From Candidatus Cloacimonadales bacterium (GTDB lineage: Bacteria > Cloacimonadota > Cloacimonadia > Cloacimonadales > JAFGVF01), in assembly GCA_963677495.2 (NCBI GenBank), contig CAXXOU010000001.1:384001-448000 (forward strand): a stretch of 64,000 nucleotides of DNA, given 5' to 3'. Shown here in pieces: positions 51,399-60,721 of the stretch. The notes below the pieces were generated by a model. The model was not told where the DNA came from. It searched no databases and saw only the letters and a list, made by a program, of their open reading frames with translations. The position numbers and the translations under genes are program-made. How positions within the stretch are numbered: the stretch's first letter is position 1; each line of letters opens with the position of its first letter.

Positions 51399-53083
51399 AG
51401 TTGTATCCGAACAGTCTGCAATGAGTTTGCCTTGATAGTTACCGGGCAAAACCTATCTTCAAGTTGAAGTTTGTAATCTATTGCTTTATCGGAAGTGTTA
51501 AGTACCTGAACACTAAGCAATCCGTCACTATTAATCGTTGCGCATGTATGAATCTTATCATTATCTAATTCCGGTGATAACTTCTCAGTTTGAATAGCAA
51601 CATCTCCGGGTCTAATTGTTTGGCTAAACTGTGATAGGATTTGAAAGATAGGAGTATAATAAACATATTGCTTCTCAGTATCAATCATGATTGGAGCTCC
51701 ACAGAAGTTGCCTACATGATTTGGTCCACCGTCCTTATCTAATACAATATTCCAATCGACCCAACCCTTTACCCAATGATCTATGCTAACAATAATATTT
51801 CTTGCATATCTATGTACTGGTGTATAAGCAGGATGATCGTCAGCATTCACACCTTGCCAAGTCACTGAATATGCCCAATCTGTTGCATTGTCATTCCACC
51901 AAAAATCGTCGTTATCAAACCAGTCTGATTCTTTGAATTTAACAGGATCTAAAACACCATTAGGAGCATCTTTACCTAAGTCATCAATACAACCTTCTGT
52001 GTGAATAATAGAGAACTCAGGAAACTTTGCATGAACTCTATCAAAGACTTCTTCATAAACTTTGAATGTGCTCTCATACCAATGCACTGCGACACCGTAA
52101 ACAAATGGAGATGTTTCTTTATCGGCAAAAATATGGTCAGTCCAATGCTCTAATCCATCACGATTCTGATCATATACTAATAGCTTCATCCTCTTAAATC
52201 CATTCTTATGAAGCTTAGGACCTAAATACTTCTTAACAAAGTCATTTTGTGTCTCCGGAGAGAAGTGCATACTTTCCCACTGCCCATTATTACCATGAGG
52301 TTCATTAACAGGAGTTATACCCCAAAGTTCGACACCTTCATCTTGATAGTGTTGCAAGTACTTGATTAAATAATCAGCATAAGTTTCTTCGAACTCAGGT
52401 TTCAATGAACCTCCGGTACCTTGCCAATTGTTTTCAGTTGCACCCGGAATATACCATTCCTCAATGTCTTTCATCCAAGCCGGTGCTGTCCAGGCAGAAG
52501 CAATAATTCTGAGCTCGTTATCTTTCTGGTCCCGTTTTACGTTAAGAGCTTCCTTAATCATTGGTAATAAATCATAACTATCATCTAAAACAGAGGGGTA
52601 TTTACTCTTATCAAATCCTTTATGGTCTTCATTAATATTGAAAGACTCAAGCTTTGTATCATCTTTTTTAGGAGCGTATGAGTACTTCCCCTCAACACTG
52701 AAATCACATGCTCCTATATGAGTTCTTGTTAAAGTGAAATTAGCTCCTTCTTCACCAAATATCCTCTCCATAACCTGCTTTCTGTGTTCAGGTTTCAGAT
52801 GTGCGAGAACAAACGCTGAAGATTCTGTGAAAGATGTCCCGACCCCATCTATTACTTGTTTCTTTTGACTTGGGAAAACTGTCAGTACGTTACCTGAAGC
52901 TTTCCCATCGACAAACTTTACATTGTCTTGAATAGAGAGCTTATCACCTTCAGCAGATGTTATAATTATCTCTTTAGTTTCACTTGGTTTTACTGTCTTT
53001 TGCTTCATCATACTTGATATATTTGTCACTTGTAGCATTACGATAATAATTAGTACTATCTGAAATTGGCTTGCCCGTTTCAT
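51395..53083 (-). CDS. GH30 glycoside hydrolase (beta-1,6-glucanase/glucosylceramidase type), secreted
   Basis: RTHIGACDFS, ASAWTAPAWMK, TPVNEP, HWYE, HTEGC, DWNIVLD..GGPNH. Confidence 0.9.
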   Translation of the reverse strand: MKRASQFQIVLIIIVMLQVTNISSMMKQKTVKPSETKEIIITSAEGDKLSIQDNVKFVDGKASGNVLTVFPSQKKQVIDGVGTSFTESSAFVLAHLKPEHRKQVMERIFGEEGANFTLTRTHIGACDFSVEGKYSYAPKKDDTKLESFNINEDHKGFDKSKYPSVLDDSYDLLPMIKEALNVKRDQKDNELRIIASAWTAPAWMKDIEEWYIPGATENNWQGTGGSLKPEFEETYADYLIKYLQHYQDEGVELWGITPVNEPHGNNGQWESMHFSPETQNDFVKKYLGPKLHKNGFKRMKLLVYDQNRDGLEHWTDHIFADKETSPFVYGVAVHWYESTFKVYEEVFDRVHAKFPEFSIIHTEGCIDDLGKDAPNGVLDPVKFKESDWFDNDDFWWNDNATDWAYSVTWQGVNADDHPAYTPVHRYARNIIVSIDHWVKGWVDWNIVLDKDGGPNHVGNFCGAPIMIDTEKQYVYYTPIFQILSQFSQTIRPGDVAIQTEKLSPELDNDKIHTCATINSDGLLSVQVLNTSDKAIDYKLQLEDRFCPVTIKANSLQTVRIQL

Positions 53084-53087
53084 AGCA

Positions 53088-55001
53088 CTACATGTTTCCT
53101 TTTTCGGGATTTGCTTTATGACGTTTAGTCAGCTTTTCCCTGATTTCATATACTTTGTCTTCACTTAATGTGTATGTGAAAATTATCCATAAAGCTATAG
53201 CTGAGGTTACGAATGGTATCACTACATCAAAGATTCTTAACTGAAGCAAAGTGTTCTCAGGTTGATTAGCTCCCAAAGCTTGATCAAACTTTACAAACTT
53301 TAGTAATACACCAGTCATTAAACCTGATATTGACATACCTATCTTAACCATCCACCAATAGATAGCTCCAAAAACACCTTCACGTCTCTTATGAGTGTTT
53401 AACTCATCTAAGTCGCAGACATCAGATATCATTGAACCCATGAGTGTGAAGAGAGAACCGGTTCCAAAAGCTACTAACGGAGCAGCAAAGAGTAACCAAT
53501 ATGGGTGAGCAGGATTGTAACCAAACCACTTTACTACGAAACCTAACATTGAAAGGGAGATTGTCAGAAGGAAAGTCTTTCTTTTCCCAATCTTTGTTGC
53601 TATCCAACCGGTTAATGGTATCACTGCAAGTGTTGCTAATGATGTAATAGAACCAAACCAACCCATCAATTTCCCGGCACTTCCATCATTTCCGTTGAAA
53701 AGGTAGTATATCATCACATAGATAGAGAAAGAAACACCTAACTGGAATCCGTTAAATACAAGGAATGTAGCTCCACAAAGCTTCACAAAAGGTTTACATT
53801 TGAAAGTTGTAACAAGACCTGCAAAGAACTCTTGCATATTGGTCCAAAAACCTTTTGTAGCTTTCTCAACCGGTGCAAACACTTTCTTTTCTCTTAAGAA
53901 TATTGCAGGAATAATACCTAACACAGCTACTAACACACCAACGAAAATCGCTAAAACTCTTGCTCCATGCACAGTGTTTCTAAACAAACTACTTGCCATA
54001 ATAGCATAGAACCATGGTACACCCAGCCAAACAAGCTGTCCCATAGTATTTGCAAATGCGTGTAAACGAGTTCGTTCGTGATAATCGTTTGTCATCTCAT
54101 AACCAAAGGCAACAAATGGAGTTGCATAAATCGTATATGCTAAGAAGAAGACGATAGACATTATCAGGAAATAGATAAAGTACTTTGTAAAGAAACTGTT
54201 TTGTTTTCTGAGTTTAAATGATTGCATGGTTGCAATACCGGAACCGGTAACTCCACTCAGTTTTATCTCTATGCTTTTAATCTGTTCTAAATCTAGTTCA
54301 CCGTTATCACTGCCTTTAACTAACTGAGTACCTGCTATAGGTAACTTATAGAGTGATTGAGTTTCACTATCTGCCATCTCTGAAGTAACATTTAGTGCAT
54401 GTGCTTCATTGACTTCGTGGAAAATGACTTGCATCTCTTTATATTCAGGGAAATTAGTATTAAACTCAATCTGTGGGAAGCCGGAAAGATCAGTTAGAGC
54501 ACTCTCTTCTCCCGCCTTAACCTTTGGTCCATATACAATAAATGATATGTCTTTGTTTAACTCAGAATCATACTTTAAGTCAATTCCACCAGCTTCATTT
54601 TTATCAACATCAGCTACTTCTGATGTTACCGTTTGATGTGGTTTTATAGAATCACTTCCAAGAATATCAATATATCCTGAAGGCAACTGCCACATAATAG
54701 CGAAAATCAAACCTGCAAGAAGTGCACCTGCGAAGATAAACGGTCTTCTTCTACCCCAACGTGTTCTTGAGTTATCAGAGATATATCCTACCATAGGATC
54801 TGAGATAGCATCAAATATTCTTGGAATAGAACCAATTAATCCTACTAGCATTACATCCATACCTAATCCAAGGTTAAGAATAACAACCATCGCAGGTAGG
54901 GCTGCAGCTTGAAGGTTGTTTACAAGCATACCTACACCGTATGCAGATTTTTGTTTCAATGAAATCCTATCTTCAGGACGTGTTACATGGTGTTTACTCA
55001 T
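53088..55001 (-). CDS. GPH-family MFS sugar:cation symporter with ~160-aa soluble insertion
   Basis: DAISDPMVGYISD..RTRWGRRRPFI, DYHERT, IGKRKT, SDVCD.DEL....RREG; hydrophilic insert after TM3. Confidence 0.9.
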   Translation of the reverse strand: MSKHHVTRPEDRISLKQKSAYGVGMLVNNLQAAALPAMVVILNLGLGMDVMLVGLIGSIPRIFDAISDPMVGYISDNSRTRWGRRRPFIFAGALLAGLIFAIMWQLPSGYIDILGSDSIKPHQTVTSEVADVDKNEAGGIDLKYDSELNKDISFIVYGPKVKAGEESALTDLSGFPQIEFNTNFPEYKEMQVIFHEVNEAHALNVTSEMADSETQSLYKLPIAGTQLVKGSDNGELDLEQIKSIEIKLSGVTGSGIATMQSFKLRKQNSFFTKYFIYFLIMSIVFFLAYTIYATPFVAFGYEMTNDYHERTRLHAFANTMGQLVWLGVPWFYAIMASSLFRNTVHGARVLAIFVGVLVAVLGIIPAIFLREKKVFAPVEKATKGFWTNMQEFFAGLVTTFKCKPFVKLCGATFLVFNGFQLGVSFSIYVMIYYLFNGNDGSAGKLMGWFGSITSLATLAVIPLTGWIATKIGKRKTFLLTISLSMLGFVVKWFGYNPAHPYWLLFAAPLVAFGTGSLFTLMGSMISDVCDLDELNTHKRREGVFGAIYWWMVKIGMSISGLMTGVLLKFVKFDQALGANQPENTLLQLRIFDVVIPFVTSAIALWIIFTYTLSEDKVYEIREKLTKRHKANPEKGNM

Positions 55002-55013
55002 TTGATGTCCTCA

Positions 55014-58000
55014 CTATTTTGTAAGATATATATTATCAAAGTAAAGGTATCCAAATAGCATTGTAGCAACACCATCTGATGGATTCCACAGACCCAGATA
55101 TTTTGTATTATTAAAATTCACTGCAGAGAATACACTTAATGGGATCTCATATTTTAACCAATCTCCAGACACTTCCGGAGTATATGAAGAGATATTAACC
55201 TCTGTCTGACCACCATTTGTATCTTCAAACTTAACTCCTAAGCTGTTTACATCTGGCATAGCTGATTTATTCAGAAAGAATACAAGTGACTGATATTCTG
55301 AGATATCCTGACCTGCTGAACCGAAATCGAAAGCAATACCGCCCCAGCCGTTCCCTAAATCAGTGAAGTTAACTGATAAGACATAACTACCATCTACAGG
55401 TGTAACCATTGTACTTTCAGTATCTGCTTCACCCGAGTTTCCACTCCAGTCGGCACTGTTGATAATTCCGACATATGATAGTGTTGGGTCTGTATGAGTT
55501 TCACTATATATACCCATAGTATCATCGGATGAGCCTGATGCTGTTATGGTTGCAGTATCGTTATTTTCATTATTATTACTATCTGTATATGATGCGGTCA
55601 GAACATTTCCGACTGCAATGGATATCGTATCAGTTGCATCATCTGTAGTTCCAAAATTCAGATTTGCAGTTCCATTTCCTGTTCCGTCGAGAACAACATC
55701 AATCTGTATTGTATCAGTCCCATTATCGATTGAAACTGTAACTGTTGTATTGGGTGCGTTATCATCGAGTACAGAGACTACAGCACTAGTTGCATCTTCC
55801 TGATAACTATCAGCATCAAATCCAACACTGCTATTACCTGCACTTTCTTCCCAATATATATCATCTATACCAAATGAACACTGTGTTCCATTCTCTTCAA
55901 CGATTGTGAAAGCATAGCTAATTTGACTAAGATCACAACTTCCGGTCACTTCATCGATTGGTATTACTGCTTGTCCCCATTCTCCATCTCTAACGAGTCC
56001 ATATGCTGTTTGGTTAGCAGGGAAGAATACATAACTCTCATTACTACCTGAGTCTTGTATACCTATTTTGAAAGTAACATCAGCAGGCATCTTTATCATG
56101 AATTTTATGGATCCACCGGCAAAGTTTGAGAAATCCTGTGGATTATTTGCCATTACTCCTGCTCCAAACCAGCCAACACCGGCTGTTTCCCAAGATATAA
56201 CATTTTGTCCTTCGTAAGGTGACATTGTGCCTGCAGTTAAAGTGTTTTCCCACACAAATATCTCTGCATCTTCACCAATTGTAAAGCCATCAGTGATTGG
56301 GGTGTTGTCAGTAAAAACACCAAATGTTCCAAGTATAGGACCGGCAGATTGGATTGTTGCACTAACTGTCTTTGTGCTTGAAGAGCTATCTGTATAGCTA
56401 GCTTCTATTGTCCCACCGGCAACAATTTCAATTGTATCGGTTGCATCATCTGTTGTACCGAAGTATAAAGCAGAAGAACCACTTCCATTCGCATCAAGAG
56501 TCACATCAACACTAATTGTATCTGTTCCATTGTTAACTGAAACGCTAACAGTGCTATTGACAGCTCCTGTGTCAGTCACAGATATAGCAGCTCCAGTTTC
56601 ATCTATATTATATGAAGATTTATCAAAACTGATAGAACTATGGGTCGCTCCACCACCATCAAAATAGATATCATCGACAGCAAACTGGCATTGAGCACCA
56701 CTATCATCTTTTATCATGAAAGTGTAACTTACTAGTTCCAGATTAACATTTCCAACAAGTTGTTCCATTGGAATTGATGCTTGTCCCCACTCACCATCTC
56801 TAATTAAACCAAAAGCGTCTGTACTGGCAGGGAACATCACAAAATTCTCATTCCCATCTGTATCATTAATACCTATCTGAAAACTAACATCAGCTGGTAT
56901 CTTAACTGCAAAGTTTAGATTGCCACCTGCAAAAGTACTCAAATCTAAAGGTTGATTTGATTGAATTCCTGCACCATACCAAGCCATACCTGTTGTTGTA
57001 AAGGAGATGACATTAGAACCTTCAAATGGTAATAGGGTGCCTTGTGTAAGTGTTTGCTCCCATACATATATTTCAGCATCTGCACCAACGATTATACCAT
57101 CATCAACCGGAGTCGTATCAGTGAATATTCCAAATGATTCAATCGGTTCGTCATTTACTTCACCTTGATATGCTCTGATCCAATCGACATACATACTCTG
57201 AGGCCATTCTGTATTTTCTGAAGGAGCTCCACCATAGCCACCACCAACAGCTATGTTAATTAGAAGATAAAAGTCGTTGAGGAACTCATCCATTGTTTCA
57301 ACATCTATCAACTTTGTGAAATATGTAATGTTATCTATTCTTCCTATAATTCTTTGGGCATCCCATTCCACTTCAAAGACATGGTAATCATCGGCTAAAG
57401 ATTCACTGAATTCTCTTAATCCTTGTGATGATTGATGAGATTCAATCTCTTCATCCCACCAGTGAATAGTACAAATTGAAGTCTTATCATCATGATAAAG
57501 AGGACTCATCTCCATTATATCTATTTCTCCACAATAGGGCCAACTTATGTCATCAAAGTTTGAACCAAGCATCCAGAAAGCAGGCCACATTCCATCACCC
57601 TTTGGTGGTTTTATACGTGCCTGTACTTTACCATATTTCATCGTAAACTTGTTCTTTGTATTTAATCTACCCGAAGTAACAGATCCATCTCTCTTACCTG
57701 GTGCTATATAGTTATCGGAATCAAATCTTGCAGTTAGGACCAGATTCCCATTCTCAACTTTTACATTATCTTCGGAATCTGTATAGTTCTGCCACTCGTC
57801 ATTACCCCAACCATCATTTTGATTTCCATAACCATATCCAAGGTCATAATTCCATTTGGCAGGATCGGGAAAAGTACCGTCCTGATTGAATTCATCTGAC
57901 CAAATCAACTGGTAGTCAATTGGATTAGTAGAATCCGGTACTTTATCCGGTTCGGTTATTGTATCACAGCCGACTAAGAAGATTGCAGTCAAAATAGTCG

Positions 58001-58034
58001 CAAATATAGAAAAAAACATCACCTTTCGTATCAT
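55014..58034 (-). CDS. GH16 endo-beta-1,3-glucanase lipoprotein with three CBM-like and two Ig-like C-terminal modules
   Basis: Lipobox LVGC; WSDEF, WPAFWMLG, GEIDIME; duplicated FG.FTD.TP...GL.RDGEWGQA.IP...DDIY module. Confidence 0.93.
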   Translation of the reverse strand: MIRKVMFFSIFATILTAIFLVGCDTITEPDKVPDSTNPIDYQLIWSDEFNQDGTFPDPAKWNYDLGYGYGNQNDGWGNDEWQNYTDSEDNVKVENGNLVLTARFDSDNYIAPGKRDGSVTSGRLNTKNKFTMKYGKVQARIKPPKGDGMWPAFWMLGSNFDDISWPYCGEIDIMEMSPLYHDDKTSICTIHWWDEEIESHQSSQGLREFSESLADDYHVFEVEWDAQRIIGRIDNITYFTKLIDVETMDEFLNDFYLLINIAVGGGYGGAPSENTEWPQSMYVDWIRAYQGEVNDEPIESFGIFTDTTPVDDGIIVGADAEIYVWEQTLTQGTLLPFEGSNVISFTTTGMAWYGAGIQSNQPLDLSTFAGGNLNFAVKIPADVSFQIGINDTDGNENFVMFPASTDAFGLIRDGEWGQASIPMEQLVGNVNLELVSYTFMIKDDSGAQCQFAVDDIYFDGGGATHSSISFDKSSYNIDETGAAISVTDTGAVNSTVSVSVNNGTDTISVDVTLDANGSGSSALYFGTTDDATDTIEIVAGGTIEASYTDSSSSTKTVSATIQSAGPILGTFGVFTDNTPITDGFTIGEDAEIFVWENTLTAGTMSPYEGQNVISWETAGVGWFGAGVMANNPQDFSNFAGGSIKFMIKMPADVTFKIGIQDSGSNESYVFFPANQTAYGLVRDGEWGQAVIPIDEVTGSCDLSQISYAFTIVEENGTQCSFGIDDIYWEESAGNSSVGFDADSYQEDATSAVVSVLDDNAPNTTVTVSIDNGTDTIQIDVVLDGTGNGTANLNFGTTDDATDTISIAVGNVLTASYTDSNNNENNDTATITASGSSDDTMGIYSETHTDPTLSYVGIINSADWSGNSGEADTESTMVTPVDGSYVLSVNFTDLGNGWGGIAFDFGSAGQDISEYQSLVFFLNKSAMPDVNSLGVKFEDTNGGQTEVNISSYTPEVSGDWLKYEIPLSVFSAVNFNNTKYLGLWNPSDGVATMLFGYLYFDNIYLTK

Positions 58035-58084
58035 AACAAAACCTCTTTTTGTATTGCTACATCTAATTTCAAACCGTTTTTATA

Positions 58085-58096
58085 TGCTATATAGCA
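58085..58096. promoter_or_regulatory. Candidate operator, perfect palindrome TGCTATATAGCA
   Basis: 51 bp upstream of GH16 start and downstream of a minus-strand TTGACA (58125-58120); near-copy at 60656. Confidence 0.65.
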
Positions 58097-58468
58097 AATA
58101 GCCGTTTTTCTTTTTTCAATGTCAAGCATTTTTTTCTTTTACGCTCTCTCATTATATGAAATCATTATCACGAGCCTTTGCTCTGCTATAGTCTTTCTGC
58201 CTGTTCCCATATCTTTAAGGTTTATGGAAATATTTTTACGACTACTGCATAAAATCCGTACTCACGACTATTTACTTTTTACAAAATAAAGCAAAATCTA
58301 TGGTTTGCCATAATTATATGTATAAGAGCTGGTTGAAGTCTTACAGAGAGTTCATAAAGATTGAATTAATATGATGCAATATGCGTGATTTTAATCCTGC
58401 TGCAATAAATTCACAACAAAGCATGAAAAAACATTACTTTTATAAAAGTAATCGTAAATGGATTTGAT

Positions 58469-58515
58469 TGCTATAGTATTTTTTTATTGACTGCTATAGG
58501 TACTGCTATTATTTT
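58469..58515 (+). promoter_or_regulatory. Putative regulator promoter overlapped by TGCTAT(A) half-sites
   Basis: TTGACT(58487)-17 bp-TATTTT; half-sites at 58469, 58492 and 58504. Confidence 0.5.
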
Positions 58516-58555
58516 CACTTTAGTTTTCTGAAATAAATAAGGAAAGAGAAGTAAA

Positions 58556-59611
58556 ATGAGTAGTAAAACACCAAAATATCTCAGCATTAAAGAGATTATT
58601 AAAGAGAGTATCAGAACCGGTGAAATTACCGGTAAACTTCCGGGTGAAAGAGTCATGGCAAAGATGTATGATGTTTCATACATGACCATTAGAAGAGCTG
58701 TTACTGAGTTAGTCGAAGAAGGAATCCTTCACAAGTTTACAACCAAAGGTACATTCGTCAGTCATAGCAAAATGACCCCTAAAATCACCCATAATATCGG
58801 TTTTTTCCTTGATTCAGGTATTAAGGAGGGTATATCAAGCCCCTACTACTCTCTGGTCTTTAATGCCCTTGAAAAAGAGGTTAAGCAAAAAGGTTACAAT
58901 CTGGTTCTCTTCTCAGATCCGGATGATCTTAATCCACTTAACAACCAGAAGAAGATTGATGGTGTCATTATCTGCTGCTTTCCGAGAATTGAAGGCAAGA
59001 TTCAAGAACTAAAGAAGATGCTACCAATAGTTTTACTTGACAACTTAGCATCAGATAAGTCTATTCCTTCAGTAACTTTAGACAACTTTAACAGCTCAAG
59101 TGAAGCAGCTAATCATCTCTTCAAACTCGGACACAAAAGAATAGGTTTTATTTCAGGTTTACTCGACTCTGATATCTGCAATGAAAGGCTTACAGGGTAC
59201 ACTTCCGCATTGATAGCTAATCAACTATCTGTTGAGCAAGAATTAATTTATAAAGGTGATTACTCCTATGAATCGGGTGAGTTTGGTGCTGAAAACCTAC
59301 TCTCACTAAAAACTCCGCCCACAGCAATCATGTGCGCAAACGATTCTATGGCTATTGGCGCAATGAAAGTTATTCGAGAAAAGGGTTACAGCATTCCTGA
59401 AGACATCAGTGTGATTGGTTTTGATGATATCAAAGTTTCATCAATGGTATTTCCTTCTCTTACAACGATTACCGCCCCCATTGAACGCATTGCCGAAAGA
59501 GCTATCGGGATGCTTTTAGCTATGATAGATGGGCTTGACCTTGACTATCAGCATGTGATATTACCTGCTCATCTTACAGAGAGAAATTCTTGTGCAAAAG
59601 TAAAGAATTAG
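58556..59611 (+). CDS. GntR-HTH / LacI-type sugar-binding chimeric regulator (AraR architecture)
   Basis: KY..IKE.I...I..G....KLPGER......VS..TIRRA...L..EG; C-terminal LGHKRIGFI, PTAI.CAND.MA.G, IPEDISVIGFDD. Confidence 0.92.
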   Translation: MSSKTPKYLSIKEIIKESIRTGEITGKLPGERVMAKMYDVSYMTIRRAVTELVEEGILHKFTTKGTFVSHSKMTPKITHNIGFFLDSGIKEGISSPYYSLVFNALEKEVKQKGYNLVLFSDPDDLNPLNNQKKIDGVIICCFPRIEGKIQELKKMLPIVLLDNLASDKSIPSVTLDNFNSSSEAANHLFKLGHKRIGFISGLLDSDICNERLTGYTSALIANQLSVEQELIYKGDYSYESGEFGAENLLSLKTPPTAIMCANDSMAIGAMKVIREKGYSIPEDISVIGFDDIKVSSMVFPSLTTITAPIERIAERAIGMLLAMIDGLDLDYQHVILPAHLTERNSCAKVKN

Positions 59612-59672
59612 ATAAATACAAAACCCATAATCCTAATTCATCCTCTTAATAAACTCTGCCCTTTTTCCCTAA

Positions 59673-59763
59673 CTTAACCACGCAATATCCACGGGTAAAC
59701 CACGCCCAAACCACGCTTGCCGCGGTTAACCCGTTGTCAACCCGTGGTTTACCCGTGGTCAAG
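59673..59763. repeat. Palindromic array with 11-bp period, homologous to 381-470
   Basis: cttaaccacgc/aatatccacgg/gtaaaccacgc/ccaaaccacgc/ttgccgcggtt/aacccgttgtc/aacccgtggtt/tacccgtggtc. Confidence 0.85.
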
Positions 59764-59818
59764 TGCCTGAATTGTTTTAGAGATCTGATTGATTGATTTC
59801 TATCCAACATTTAACAAT

Positions 59819-60256
59819 ATACGCAGTGCGATTTGCAATAACTTAAGGCATTTCAGGGAGTTTGCCGGCCTGATAAGGAGAGCGGACTTCCTAAAATGTG
59901 CTCCGAAAGAAGAAGTGAGTCGCAATGAAATGTGACTCGCTAATTCTGGATCTCGAAGTCTCTTCTCCTGATTTCGTTCTCGCGTCACGCTATCGCTGCA
60001 ACGCAAGTCCGAAAGTGACATACACAGTGCTATTTGCAACAACTTACGGCATTTCAGGGAGTTTGTCGGCATGATGAGGCAACGGACTTCCTAAAATGTG
60101 CTCCGAAAGAAGAAGTGAGTCGCAATGAAATGTGACTCGCTAATTCTGGAACTCGAAGTCTCTTCTCCTGTTTTCGTTCTCGCGTCACGCTATCGCTGCA
60201 ACGCAAGTCCGAAAGAGGCATACACAGTGGCTTTTGCAATGACTTAGCTATTTTCA
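59819..60256. repeat. Tandem ~200-bp structured repeat (two full copies plus ~37 bp of a third)
   Basis: Unit starts at 59819, 60020 and 60220; central ~130 bp nearly identical; CGGACTT...AAGTCCG closing stem and GTGAGTCGCA/TGTGACTCGC hairpin. Confidence 0.9.
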
Positions 60257-60294
60257 CTGCCCTTTTTACTCTCTTTTACTGCTCCTTTCCCCAA

Positions 60295-60397
60295 CGCACT
60301 GTGTCTGCACTGTGCACGCACTGTGAAGGCACTGTTAACCCACTGTTTCACTGGGTGCACAGTGCGTGCACAGTGGGAAAACAGTGGGATGACTGTG
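60295..60397. repeat. Palindromic array with 11-bp period (core GCACTGTG then CACAGTG)
   Basis: cgcactgtgtc/tgcactgtgca/cgcactgtgaa/ggcactgttaa/cccactgtttc then cacagtgcgtg/cacagtgggaa/aacagtgggat. Confidence 0.85.
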
Positions 60398-60629
60398 TTT
60401 TGATAGATAGAATAATGATGGAGAGATGGGAATGAGATTTTGGGACTTAGGAAGTTTTTGCAAATCACAGAATACCACTACACAAATAAATATCAAAACC
60501 TGGAAAAGTTGATTATACTATCTTAGCGTGGTACAGAAATAAGTATCTTTTAAAAAACATATAGCAGTGTCGCAGATGTTAAATAGGGCTTTTAGAGTAC
60601 TTTAAGGTGTTAGAAAAGAAAAAATAAGC

Positions 60630-60667
60630 TTGACAGTAAAATGCATAAACGCAATTGCTATATAGAA
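60630..60667 (+). promoter_or_regulatory. TTGACA element and candidate operator TGCTATATAGAA upstream of the 1035-aa gene
   Basis: TTGACA 60630-60635; 11/12 match to the 58085 palindrome at 60656-60667; -10 element unclear. Confidence 0.55.
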
Positions 60668-60721
60668 GCTAAAATATTTATCCGTTGTTTTATATGCTAA
60701 TGAATCAAAAAGGAGCCGAAT

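Noticed and set aside
51399..51449. N-terminal extension of GH17 given by the ORF track (similarly queC 1403, nuclease 583, atpZ 13533)
   Set aside because: Downstream ATGs give proper RBS or stop-start coupling and place signal peptides at the N-terminus
59860..59975. Hammerhead ribozyme in the 200-bp repeat (CTGATAA / ATGATGA ... CCGAAA)
   Set aside because: Neither copy has the full CUGANGA core, and I could not form stem I with a correctly placed UH cleavage site
59800..60468. Three short minus-strand ORFs (90, 67, 74 aa)
   Set aside because: They lie wholly within DNA repeats, lack clear RBSs, and the repeat period (201/200 bp) does not keep frame
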